Shown here one piece after another: positions 32,455-41,250 of a stretch of 64,000 nucleotides of DNA. Location: positions 864,001 through 928,000 of the forward strand of contig CAWDGJ010000003.1 of assembly GCA_963801815.1 (NCBI GenBank), read 5' to 3'. Every line of letters begins with the position of its first letter. The first letter of the stretch is position 1. This DNA comes from an uncultured Verrucomicrobiae bacterium (GTDB taxonomy: Bacteria > Verrucomicrobiota > Verrucomicrobiia > Chthoniobacterales > UBA10450). The position numbers and the translations under genes were made by a program. The notes under the pieces are model-generated. The model did no database searches and was not told the DNA's origin. It saw only the letters and a list, made by a program, of their open reading frames with translations.

Positions 32455-32589
32455 CAACTGAAAATTAGCACAAAAGCAGGGTCCGTCGAGGCGCCATCGC
32501 GACTTGCACCGACAAGAAACGCACAAACTTGAACAAGAACCGCCGAGTTACAGCCTGCTAAAGGCCGAAGATATGCGCGAGGAAGATCG

Positions 32590-34023
32590 ATGAACAACGG
32601 AAGCGGACCGTGGCCTGCGAAACATAACTGGCGCTACATTGAGCGTGAAGCGCCGCCAAAACGCGACGCGCCGGAACGGGTCTGCGATTTCGACGAAATT
32701 TACAATCTCTACGACGAAGCAACGGTGCGCGCGCAGGCAAGCCGCTGCATTAATTGCCCCGATCCGCCGTGTGTGCATGAAGGCTGTCCTCTTCAGAACA
32801 GAATTCCGGAATGGCTCGCACTCACGGCGGACGGACGTTTTCTCGAAGCAGCGGCGTTGTCTCGCTCGACCAGCAACATGCCTGAAATCTGCAGTCGGGT
32901 TTGTCCGCAAGATCGATTGTGCGAAGGCGCCTGCATTCTCAACGCCCGCTCGGAGCCGGTGTCGATCGGCGCGATTGAAAAGTTTATCAACGAATACGCA
33001 TTTGCGCATGATGCGGTCAACGGGACTGTCGCCCCTCCAAACGGATTAGAGGTAGCAGTTGTCGGAAGCGGGCCAGGTGGAATCGCGTGCGCCGACCAAT
33101 TGGCGAAGCTCGGCTATGCAGTCACGGTCTTCGAGGCACAGAACCGGGCCGGCGGCTTGCTCGTGAACGGAATTCCGTCGTTCAAACTGGAAAAATCGAT
33201 TGTCGATCGTCGGCTCGATCTTCTAAAGCGTCACGGCGTCACATTTCGACAGCGCGTTAGGATTGGCCGCGACATTTCGCTGTCGATTTTGCGCGAGCAA
33301 TTTGACGCAGTTTATCTCGCCATTGGCGCCCAAAAGCCAAAGGAGCTCGAGATTCCCGGTGCGGAGTTGGACGGCGTCTTTCATGCGCTGCCGTTTTTGA
33401 TTCAAAAGAACCTTGATGAGCGTTCTGGGCCGCAGATTGAAATCAAAGGAAAGCGAGTCGCGGTGTTGGGCGGCGGCGATACGGCGATGGATTGTTTGCG
33501 CACGGCGATCCGGTGCGGTGCGCGCGAGGCAGTTTGCATTTATCGCCGCGATTTCGAAAACATGCCGGGAAGTCGCAAGGAATATTTCAACGCGATCGAA
33601 GAAGGCGCGCAGTTCATGTTTCTCACGAATCCAGTCTCTTTGTTCGGTAACGAAAATGGACGTGTGACAGCCGCACGTTGCGTGCGAATGGAATTAGGCG
33701 AACCGGACGCGAAAGGCCGTCGAAAGCCGCGGCCTGTTCTGAATTCGGAATTCGATGCCCCGGTTGACGTTGTTCTGATCGCATTCGGCTTCGATCCGGT
33801 GCCCATCTTCGCCGCCGGCAATTCCGACAGGATTGAGGTGAATAGATGGGGTGGAGTGGTTGTTGATCAAAATCAAATGACCAGCGTGCCCGGCATTTTC
33901 GCTGGCGGCGATTTGGTGCGCGGTCCGGATTTGGTCGTGCGCGCCGTGGCCGACAGCCGCAAAGCCGCGGCCGGCATTCACAGATATCTAACGGCGAGCA
34001 AGCCTCCTCGGAGGGAGTTTTAG
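32590..34023 (+). CDS. gltD: Glutamate synthase small subunit-like NAD(P)H oxidoreductase
   Basis: ASRCINCPDPPC..GCP, CSRVCPQDRLCEGAC, VVGSGPGG, VLGGGDTAMD, FAGGD. Confidence 0.85.
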   Translation: MNNGSGPWPAKHNWRYIEREAPPKRDAPERVCDFDEIYNLYDEATVRAQASRCINCPDPPCVHEGCPLQNRIPEWLALTADGRFLEAAALSRSTSNMPEICSRVCPQDRLCEGACILNARSEPVSIGAIEKFINEYAFAHDAVNGTVAPPNGLEVAVVGSGPGGIACADQLAKLGYAVTVFEAQNRAGGLLVNGIPSFKLEKSIVDRRLDLLKRHGVTFRQRVRIGRDISLSILREQFDAVYLAIGAQKPKELEIPGAELDGVFHALPFLIQKNLDERSGPQIEIKGKRVAVLGGGDTAMDCLRTAIRCGAREAVCIYRRDFENMPGSRKEYFNAIEEGAQFMFLTNPVSLFGNENGRVTAARCVRMELGEPDAKGRRKPRPVLNSEFDAPVDVVLIAFGFDPVPIFAAGNSDRIEVNRWGGVVVDQNQMTSVPGIFAGGDLVRGPDLVVRAVADSRKAAAGIHRYLTASKPPRREF

Positions 34024-34041
34024 CGCCGAAGACTGAGCTTA

Positions 34042-34203
34042 CTAGCAACCGCAATCTTTTCCGCAGTTGCATTCCTTTTTGTCGTTCATCGGGCAATTCT
34101 TGCGAGTTTTCTTGCAACTTTGTTTGTCCGCTGCAAACGAAGTCGTGCAAATCATGACCGCGAGGATCGACATTAGGATCGTAGTCGTCGTTTTCATCTG
34201 CAT
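34042..34203 (-). CDS. Small secreted metallothionein-like peptide (53 aa)
   Basis: MQMKTTTTILMSILAVMICTTSFAADKQSCKKTRKNCPMNDKKECNCGKDCGC*; signal peptide ending SFA; not in the ORF track. Confidence 0.78.
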   Translation of the reverse strand: MQMKTTTTILMSILAVMICTTSFAADKQSCKKTRKNCPMNDKKECNCGKDCGC

Positions 34204-34221
34204 TGATTCTGTCTAGGATTT

Positions 34222-34246
34222 AACGTCGATGCGACCAAAAAGTTCC
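34222..34246 (-). promoter_or_regulatory. Putative ECF sigma promoter GGAAC-N16-CGTT
   Basis: Minus strand GGAAC TTTTTGGTCGCATCGA CGTT, 18 bp upstream of the peptide ATG. Confidence 0.6.
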
Positions 34247-34260
34247 GCCATGGTTTCAAG

Positions 34261-35373
34261 ATGAACAACTCACTCGTGGTTGGTGATTCGTGGCTTTGGA
34301 TGGGCATCTATCACGGCGCCGCCATGTTTTGGGAGACACTTTGGGCGCTAGTGCTTGGCTTTGGAATCTCGGCCGCGCTGCAGGTTTTTGTGAGCAAGGA
34401 ACGAATGACACGATTGCTCGGCCGCGCCGGTTTAAGGGAGATCTTGTTCGCAACCGGTTTCGGCGCTGCTAGCTCGTCCTGTTCCTACGCGGCGGCGTCC
34501 ATTGGACGGAGTGCCTTTCAAAAAGGCGCGGCGCTGATTCCGGCGCTCGCGTTCATGTTCGCTTCCACGAATCTCGTCGTCGAACTAGGCGCAGTGCTCT
34601 GGCTGCTCATGGGCTGGCGATTTGTCCTTGCCGAATTCATCGGTGCGTTCGTCTTGATCGGTGTGATGTGGCTGCTGATGTCGCTGTTCTTTCCGAAAAA
34701 CCTCGAAACCGAGATGCGTGAACACGTTGGCGATGAGGATGACGGAGACAATTGTTGCCATCACGAACCTGAGCATGAACACGATCACGACACCCGAAGG
34801 TCATGGGCGCGACTGGCGAACGCGTTTTGGATGGATTGGTTGATGCTTTGGAAGGAACTCGTTGCCGGATTCCTGATCGCTGGATTTCTGGCCGCGTTGG
34901 TTCCAACCGATTGGTGGAAATTTCTTTTCATCGAAACTGGCAGTCCCGTGTTGCGTTTGATCGAGAATGCAGCGGTCGGTCCAATCATTGCCATCCTTTC
35001 GTTTGTCTGCTCGGTAGGAAATATTCCATTGGCCAGCTTGCTGTGGGCGAATGGCATCAGTTTCGGCGGCGTGATCTCATTCATTTACGCCGACCTTCTC
35101 GTGATTCCGCTTATTCTGATTTACCGGAAATATTTTGGCGGGCGCGCTACCGCTTACATCGTGCTCATTTTCTACACCTCGATGGTGGCCGCAGGAGTGA
35201 TTGTCGATCTTATCTTCGCTGGGTTGAATCTGATTCCGCAAGGCGAACGCCCATCCAGTCCGATCGAGCACGCGACCTTCAGTTGGAATTACACGACCTG
35301 GCTCGACTTTATCGCAATCGCAGTAGCGGCATGCCTTTTGTTCCTGAAAATGCGCGACAGGCGTCACTCCTGA
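34261..35373 (+). CDS. Permease (ArsP/DUF318-like) with His/Cys-rich loop
   Basis: Multi-TM, GAASSSCSY and SFVCSVGNIP motifs, loop CCHHEPEHEHDHD. Confidence 0.85.
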   Translation: MNNSLVVGDSWLWMGIYHGAAMFWETLWALVLGFGISAALQVFVSKERMTRLLGRAGLREILFATGFGAASSSCSYAAASIGRSAFQKGAALIPALAFMFASTNLVVELGAVLWLLMGWRFVLAEFIGAFVLIGVMWLLMSLFFPKNLETEMREHVGDEDDGDNCCHHEPEHEHDHDTRRSWARLANAFWMDWLMLWKELVAGFLIAGFLAALVPTDWWKFLFIETGSPVLRLIENAAVGPIIAILSFVCSVGNIPLASLLWANGISFGGVISFIYADLLVIPLILIYRKYFGGRATAYIVLIFYTSMVAAGVIVDLIFAGLNLIPQGERPSSPIEHATFSWNYTTWLDFIAIAVAACLLFLKMRDRRHS

Positions 35374-35454
35374 TCACGCGAAATCAATTTTGGCTTTGCA
35401 ATTGATGCCCGAAACCGAAAATCTCTTTTCAATTAATCCACCCAACATCGTCTT

Positions 35455-36204
35455 ATGATGGCACGGATCATTTTTGCAACTGTCGTCACATCGTCCGCCG
35501 CGTCGTTTGCGCTCGGGATAACTTACAGCCGTCCGAGGCAATCGCCCACGCCTACACCAACTCCGGTGCAAGCGCAGTCGCCGATTCCATCACAGAGATC
35601 GACAGTCGCGCCGAGAGCAACGCCGACGCCAATCCCGCCACGATACGCTCCGGCGCAGCGACAAATTCAGGCGAGACAAGCCGCACTACCGCAACAACAA
35701 CAAAGAATGATGCCGTCGCCGACGCCAATGACTCCGGGGAGATACGCTCCGACACAGCCGCAAGTTCAGGCGAGGCAGTCGCCAACTCCACAACAGCGGA
35801 CGGCACAGATGCAAAACCAGTTGCGAATCCAGGCACAGAGAACAACGACGTCAGTTCCGAAACCCACAGCTGTGCCGCTGCAGCCGAGAATGATGCCGAC
35901 ACCAGCGCCGGTCCCGGTGAAGCCAACCCCGACTCCCGTACCACCGCCAGATGTCAGAGTCTATCTCGACCATCAAATAGCGAGTTCCAAAGATCAGAAG
36001 TTTCACATGAACGTGAACGGGAAGGATCTTGCGCTTACGCCGTTCCACGTTTGGCCACAAAAGAGTATCGGGTTCAACACCACTTCGACGTCCATCTCTA
36101 TGAGAAGCGATGAAGGTAAGGTTTACGACATCGAATTCGTAACGACAGGTCCTCAGGTGACCGGTATCAGGATTCAAAGAATCAACGGCGAGTCTGCGAG
36201 ATAG
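35455..36204 (+). CDS. Pro/Gln/Thr-rich exported protein with uncharacterised C-terminal domain
   Basis: Hydrophobic N-terminus, low-complexity linker with repeated PxRYAPxQxQxQARQ, C-domain YLDHQIASSKDQKFHMNVNGKDLALTP. Confidence 0.8.
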   Translation: MMARIIFATVVTSSAASFALGITYSRPRQSPTPTPTPVQAQSPIPSQRSTVAPRATPTPIPPRYAPAQRQIQARQAALPQQQQRMMPSPTPMTPGRYAPTQPQVQARQSPTPQQRTAQMQNQLRIQAQRTTTSVPKPTAVPLQPRMMPTPAPVPVKPTPTPVPPPDVRVYLDHQIASSKDQKFHMNVNGKDLALTPFHVWPQKSIGFNTTSTSISMRSDEGKVYDIEFVTTGPQVTGIRIQRINGESAR

Positions 36205-36266
36205 CGGTTTACTTGTCGCGATGACTCTCGTCCTGTAACGTGCTTCAGATCAAATCGGAGGGAAAT

Positions 36267-36692
36267 ATGAACATTCGAATTCTTATCGCATTAGCCGCGG
36301 CGTTCCCCGTCGCTCCAATGGCTTTTGGCCAGATGTACGGCGGACAACAGATGCAGACTGCGACCCAGCCTGCGCAACAGACTACTAGCGGCTCGCAAAA
36401 AATGACCACAACGACGACGACGAGAACTGTGTTTCCAACTGGAGTGAAAGGATATCTCGACAGCCAAATGGCGAGTTCCAAAGACCACAGGTTCCATATG
36501 AGCGTGAATGGAAAGGATCTCGCCCTGACTCCTGTTAGATTTCACGACGAGCAAAATCTTGGCGGGGGTAAGACTCAGATGGCGGTCGACCTGAAGGGTG
36601 TCGATGGCAAGAGCTACGAAATGAATTTCGTCACGTCCGGCGGGGTGGTAAGGGACGGCAGGATTGTGAAGATTAATGGCAAAGCGCCGTAG
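36267..36692 (+). CDS. Exported paralog of the upstream protein
   Basis: GGAGG RBS, signal peptide ending AFG, C-domain YLDSQMASSKDHRFHMSVNGKDLALTP. Confidence 0.82.
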   Translation: MNIRILIALAAAFPVAPMAFGQMYGGQQMQTATQPAQQTTSGSQKMTTTTTTRTVFPTGVKGYLDSQMASSKDHRFHMSVNGKDLALTPVRFHDEQNLGGGKTQMAVDLKGVDGKSYEMNFVTSGGVVRDGRIVKINGKAP

Positions 36693-36816
36693 ATTGTAGC
36701 GCGGGCAGCGCCGGTCTTCTGGCGATCTCTTGTTGTTGCGCCGGTCCAGGATCGCCTCCCGCTCTTTAGGGTGGAGTTTGCGACCCTTAGTGACTGCCGC
36801 TACAGATTAGCCCCGA

Positions 36817-38443
36817 ATGCCGAAGACGTTTTACATCACAACGGCGATTGATTACACCAATTCGCCGCCGCACATCGGGCACGCTTACGAAAAAGTGCTG
36901 GCCGATGTCATCGCCCGTTATCATCGGCTCAAACGAGAAAAGGTTTTTTTCCTGACCGGCGTTGATCAACACGGTCAGAAAGTCCAACAATCGGCTGCCA
37001 AAGCCGGCGTTGCGCCATCCGAGTTCGTCCAAGGCTTAACGCAAAAATTCAAGGACCTCTGGAAAAAGCTCGACGTGAAATACGATGAGTGGGCGGAAAC
37101 GATCTCGCCGCGTCACAAGAAAGTCGTGCAGGAAATGCTGCAACGATTGTTCGACGAAGGCCAAATCTACAAAGACAAGCAGTCGGGCTATTACTCGGTT
37201 CGTCAGGAACAGTTTCTAACCGACAAGGAACGCGGGCCCGATGGCGAGTTTGGTCCGGAGTGGGGACAGGTTGAGTTTCGCGAGGAAGAAAATTATTACT
37301 TTAAACTGAACCAGCACAAAGACTGGCTGTTGCGTTACATCGATAATCGCAAAGACGCTATTATCCCCGATTTTCGCCAGACCGAACTGCGAAACGCGAT
37401 TGAACGAATTTCTGGCGACCTCTGCATCTCGCGACCGAAATCGCGGCTCGATTGGGGAATCGAGCTCCCGTTCGACAAAGAGTTCGTCACCTACGTCTGG
37501 TTCGATGCGTTAACAAATTATATCAGCTTCGTCGGCTACGATCCGAAGATCGACAATTATGAAAAGCAGCCGCAAGAATTTCGTGACCGTTGGACGAAAG
37601 ACACTCTCCAGATCATCGGCAAAGACATTCTTGTTCCGGCGCATGGAATTTACTGGCTCATCATGCTCCACGCTGTCGGCTTTCCAGACGATGCAATGCC
37701 GCAATTGTTAGTCCACGGCTGGTGGAACATGGGCGGCGCGAAGATGAGCAAGATCGTTCGGCAATATTGTCGATCCAAACGCACTTGCCGATAAATACGG
37801 TGCCGAAGCTGTGCGCTATTACTTGATGAGCGACATCGCCACCGGCAAAGACGCCGATTTTTCCGAGGAACGACTGATTGAGCGCTACAATGCCGATCTC
37901 GCGAATTCGCTCGGCAATCTACTCAATCGGACGTTGAACATGATTCATCGATACCGCGATGGGCGAATTAAAGTCAGTAAGCGACAACCATCTGAGGTTC
38001 GCCAGTATCATGTCTTGGTACGAAGAAAGAGACCGATTCGTTCGCGCAAGAGATGGATGGCGGTGGCCAGAAATTTCCAAACATAGAGCCATTCCACGTT
38101 GAAAGCTCTCTTCGCTCGTGTTCCGCAATCGCTGTTCACTCGAATCGATTGATCGATGATTGCGCACCTTGGACGTTGGCGAAATCGAAGACGCAGCAAG
38201 ATCAGTCCATTCTCGACGCGAGTTCTTTACGACTTAGCGGACTCAATTCGCATCATCGCGATTTTGATTTCGCCGGTTTTGCCAAAAGCTGCGCACGGAA
38301 TTTTTGATCAACTGAATTGGAAAATGGACTTGAGCGGAAAGGAAGAACGGTTTTCGCTCAAGGACGCCGAGTGGGGCGGCTTACCGGATGGACATGTTGT
38401 TGGCAAACCGGTTCCGTTATTTCCGAGGATTGAAATTGAATAA
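36817..38443 (+). CDS. metG: Methionine--tRNA ligase (about three frameshifts near 37754, 38000-38080 and 38218)
   Basis: FYITTAIDY..PHIGH, YVWFDAL, IGKDI, KMSK(S), RYYL..YNADLANSLGNL, DDCAPW, GKPVPLFPRIE spread over successive frames. Confidence 0.93.
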
Positions 38444-38458
38444 CGCGCGATCATCGTA

Positions 38459-39145
38459 ATGAAGATCGACATCCTGACATTGTTTCCAGAAATCTGTCGC
38501 GCGCCGCTCAGCGAAAGCATGATGAAGCGGGCGCAGGAAAATAAAATTGTCGATCTTCAAATTCACAATCTGCGCGATTGGACGACCGACAAACATCACA
38601 TCGTGGACGATGCGCCGTTCGGCGGCGGGCAGGGGATGGTGATGAAGCCGGAACCAATTTTCAAGGCAGTGGAAGCCTTGAAAATAAATTCCAAATCCCA
38701 AGCTCCAAACCCCAAAGTGATCTTGATGTCACCGGCTGGGAAGCGACTCGATCAGAAACTCGCGACTGAACTCTCCAACGAATCGCATCTCATCATCGTT
38801 TGCGGCCATTACGAAGGCGTTGATCATCGCGTGATTGAACATCTCGTCGATCTTGAGATTTCGATTGGCGATTACGTTCTGACTAACGGTGCGATTGCCG
38901 CGGTCGTTTTGGTTGACGCAGTGGTGCGATTGTTACCGGGCGTTCTCGGCGACGAACAATCGGCCGCTGACGATTCGTTTAGCGCCGGATTACTGGAAAC
39001 ACCGCAATACACGCGGCCGGCTGAATTCCGGGACTGGAAGATTCCCGACGTTCTTCTTTCGGGAAATCATGCCGAGATCGCGAAGTGGCGAAAAGACCAG
39101 GCGCTCAAGCGCACCAAACACAACCGACCTGATCTGCTGCCTTGA
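38459..39145 (+). CDS. trmD: tRNA (guanine37-N1)-methyltransferase
   Basis: [49 protein letters not shown]. Confidence 0.97.
   Translation: MKIDILTLFPEICRAPLSESMMKRAQENKIVDLQIHNLRDWTTDKHHIVDDAPFGGGQGMVMKPEPIFKAVEALKINSKSQAPNPKVILMSPAGKRLDQKLATELSNESHLIIVCGHYEGVDHRVIEHLVDLEISIGDYVLTNGAIAAVVLVDAVVRLLPGVLGDEQSAADDSFSAGLLETPQYTRPAEFRDWKIPDVLLSGNHAEIAKWRKDQALKRTKHNRPDLLP
38686..38716. repeat. Single heptamer arm (AAATCCC family) in frame in trmD
   Basis: AAATTCC AAATCCC AAGCTCC AAACCCC AAA encodes [10 protein letters not shown]. Confidence 0.85.
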
Positions 39146-39146
39146 T

Positions 39147-39257
39147 TGTCATCCGGAGCGTAAGCGAGGGACCTCTCAGTCGAAGCGCGGGTCACACCCG
39201 TTAACTTGGGTAATCAACGAGCCTGAGGGAGATCCCTCACCTTGGTTCGGGATGACA
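39147..39257. repeat. MITE/REP-like element with TGTCATCC...GGATGACA termini between convergent genes
   Basis: TGTCATCCGGAGCGTAAGCGAGGGACCTC ... GAGATCCCTCACCTTGGTTCGGGATGACA. Confidence 0.8.
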
Positions 39258-39262
39258 GTGCG

Positions 39263-40504
39263 TTAATCGCCGACCCGCCCTAATACAATACAGGCGTTGA
39301 TTCCACCGAAGCCGAAGGAGTTGCTCATAATATAATTGAGCTTCGCCTCGCGGCCGTGATTCGGAACAACGTCGAGATCGCACGCGGGATCGGGATTCTG
39401 ATAATTGATCGTCGGGGGCACCCATTGTCGGTCCAGCGCCAGCGCGCAGATGCAGGCCTCGATCGCGCCGGTCGCGCCGAGCGGATGCGCGGTGTAGCCT
39501 TTTGTTCCGCTCACCGGAATCTTCGTCGCGTGTTCACCTAAAACCGCTTTAATCGACATCGTTTCGGCACTGTCATTCAACTGGGTCGAACTGGCGTGGG
39601 CGTTCACGTAATCGATTTGCTCCGGATTAAGTTGGGCATCTCTTAACGCGTCACGCATGGCGCGAATGCACGAATCGCCAGTCGGCAACGGTGTGGTCAT
39701 GTGAAATGCGTCGTTGTTTAAACTGTAACCGAGAACTTCGGCGTAAATCTTCGCGCCGCGTGTGCGTGCGTGTTCTAGTTCCTCCAGAATCAACGACGCC
39801 GCGCCTTCGCCCATCACAAATCCGTCGCGTAGTTTGTCGAACGGACGCGACGCGACGTTCGGATCGGGGTTGCGGCTCATCGTCTTGATGATATCGAACG
39901 CGCCGATGGTGATCGTCGTCAACGGCGCTTCCGCTCCGCCGGCAACGACAACGTCCGCGAAATCGTCGCGGATGTAGCGGAGCGCTTCACCGACTGAAAC
40001 CGTTCCGCTCGCGCAACTGTTCGAGTTTGTCGTCCCAACTCCGCGAAAGCCAAAGTCGATCGCGATGTTTGAATGGGCCGAGCCGCCGAAGACCTGAACA
40101 GCAAGCGTGGGTTGAACTCCCCGCGCGCCCTTTTTCAAAAAACGGATGTACTGCTCTTCGGCTTTGCAAACGCCGCCGAGCGCGGTTCCAAAACTTACGC
40201 CGATCCGGTCGTTCGGCTTGTCATGCGAATACTCCAGGCCAGCGTCATCGAGCGCGAGCTTCGCTGAAGCGACCGAGAACTGGGCGTAGCGATCGAGACG
40301 CTTGAGACGATGCGGCGGGAAAAATTCCTCCGGATCCCAATTGTTGACCTGCCCGGCAACCCGAACGCCGAATTGGCTCACGTCCAGATTGTCGATCTTC
40401 GTGATGCCAGTTTTCTCCGCGAGAATTCCGTTCCAAAAGCCCTCGACGCCTTTGCCGACGCAAGTGATCGGACCCAATCCGGTAATGACAACGCGCCGTC
40501 TCAT
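39263..40504 (-). CDS. Beta-ketoacyl-ACP synthase (FabF/type II KS family)
   Basis: RRVVITGLG, active Cys NSCASG, SRPFD..RDGFVMGEG, YVNAHASST, AHPLGA, SNSFGFGG. Confidence 0.92.
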   Translation of the reverse strand: MRRRVVITGLGPITCVGKGVEGFWNGILAEKTGITKIDNLDVSQFGVRVAGQVNNWDPEEFFPPHRLKRLDRYAQFSVASAKLALDDAGLEYSHDKPNDRIGVSFGTALGGVCKAEEQYIRFLKKGARGVQPTLAVQVFGGSAHSNIAIDFGFRGVGTTNSNSCASGTVSVGEALRYIRDDFADVVVAGGAEAPLTTITIGAFDIIKTMSRNPDPNVASRPFDKLRDGFVMGEGAASLILEELEHARTRGAKIYAEVLGYSLNNDAFHMTTPLPTGDSCIRAMRDALRDAQLNPEQIDYVNAHASSTQLNDSAETMSIKAVLGEHATKIPVSGTKGYTAHPLGATGAIEACICALALDRQWVPPTINYQNPDPACDLDVVPNHGREAKLNYIMSNSFGFGGINACIVLGRVGD

Positions 40505-40510
40505 TCTGTT

Positions 40511-41026
40511 TTAACCACGAAGGACACGAAGAGCGCGAAGATGTTTTTGGTTTTGAGAATCAGCATTCCTTCGTGACCTTCGCGTTCTTCGTTTGGATTC
40601 CACATACTTTTTCATGCAGCGCAAAGTCTTATTGGCAACATTGCCGATGAAAAAGTCACCGATGATCGGCTCCATGATCGCAGCGAGGACTGGGATTCGA
40701 AAATTAAGTTCGTGCAAAATCTCAACTCGGACGCCGTCCGGACCTTCGGTAAATGTCCAGACAACGTGCATTCCTTTAGTGAACGCTTTCAAATGATTGA
40801 AATGAATTTCCACCCGGTCGCGATCGATGATTTCCTCCGACGTCCATTTGATCGGAATCCCGGAACGCACCGCCGCCATCACCACAATGTTGCGATTTGG
40901 GCCGCGCTCGAGATATCGAATGTAACGATAGTGCGGTAGAATTTTCGGCCACAGCTCCAGGTTCGCCGCCGTCTCAAAGATCAACATCTTCGGCACGTGC
41001 ATGACTATTGAATTCGTTTTGTGCAT
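40511..41026 (-). CDS. SRPBCC / polyketide cyclase-dehydrase family protein
   Basis: WPKILPHYR..IKWTS..TKGMHVVWTF..VEILHE pattern; the basic C-terminal tail is encoded by a repeat. Confidence 0.8.
   Translation of the reverse strand: MHKTNSIVMHVPKMLIFETAANLELWPKILPHYRYIRYLERGPNRNIVVMAAVRSGIPIKWTSEEIIDRDRVEIHFNHLKAFTKGMHVVWTFTEGPDGVRVEILHELNFRIPVLAAIMEPIIGDFFIGNVANKTLRCMKKYVESKRRTRRSRRNADSQNQKHLRALRVLRG
40516..40592. repeat. Nonamer (CACGAAGnn) inverted repeat forming the SRPBCC C-terminus
   Basis: CACGAAGGA CACGAAGAG CGCGAAG ... CTTCGTGAC CTTCGCGTT CTTCGT. Confidence 0.85.
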
Positions 41027-41064
41027 TTCAGTTGCGCGAAATCAGCTTACACTGGCGTGAACCG

Positions 41065-41250
41065 ATGCCGCTGGAAATGAAAAAAGCGTGCGAAAAATGC
41101 GGCCGCGCCCTCGCTTCCGACGGCGATGCTTGCATTTGCAGTTATGAATGCACCTTTTGTCCCGAGTGTGCGAAACAAATGAACTTCGTCTGTCCAAATT
41201 GTGGCGGCGAGCTGGTTCAGCGTCCGCGACGGAAACCTTCAGCGCATTAG
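41065..41250 (+). CDS. DUF1272-like small Cys-rich protein
   Basis: CEKC..ICSYECTFC..C....CPNCGGELVQRPRR. Confidence 0.85.
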   Translation: MPLEMKKACEKCGRALASDGDACICSYECTFCPECAKQMNFVCPNCGGELVQRPRRKPSAH

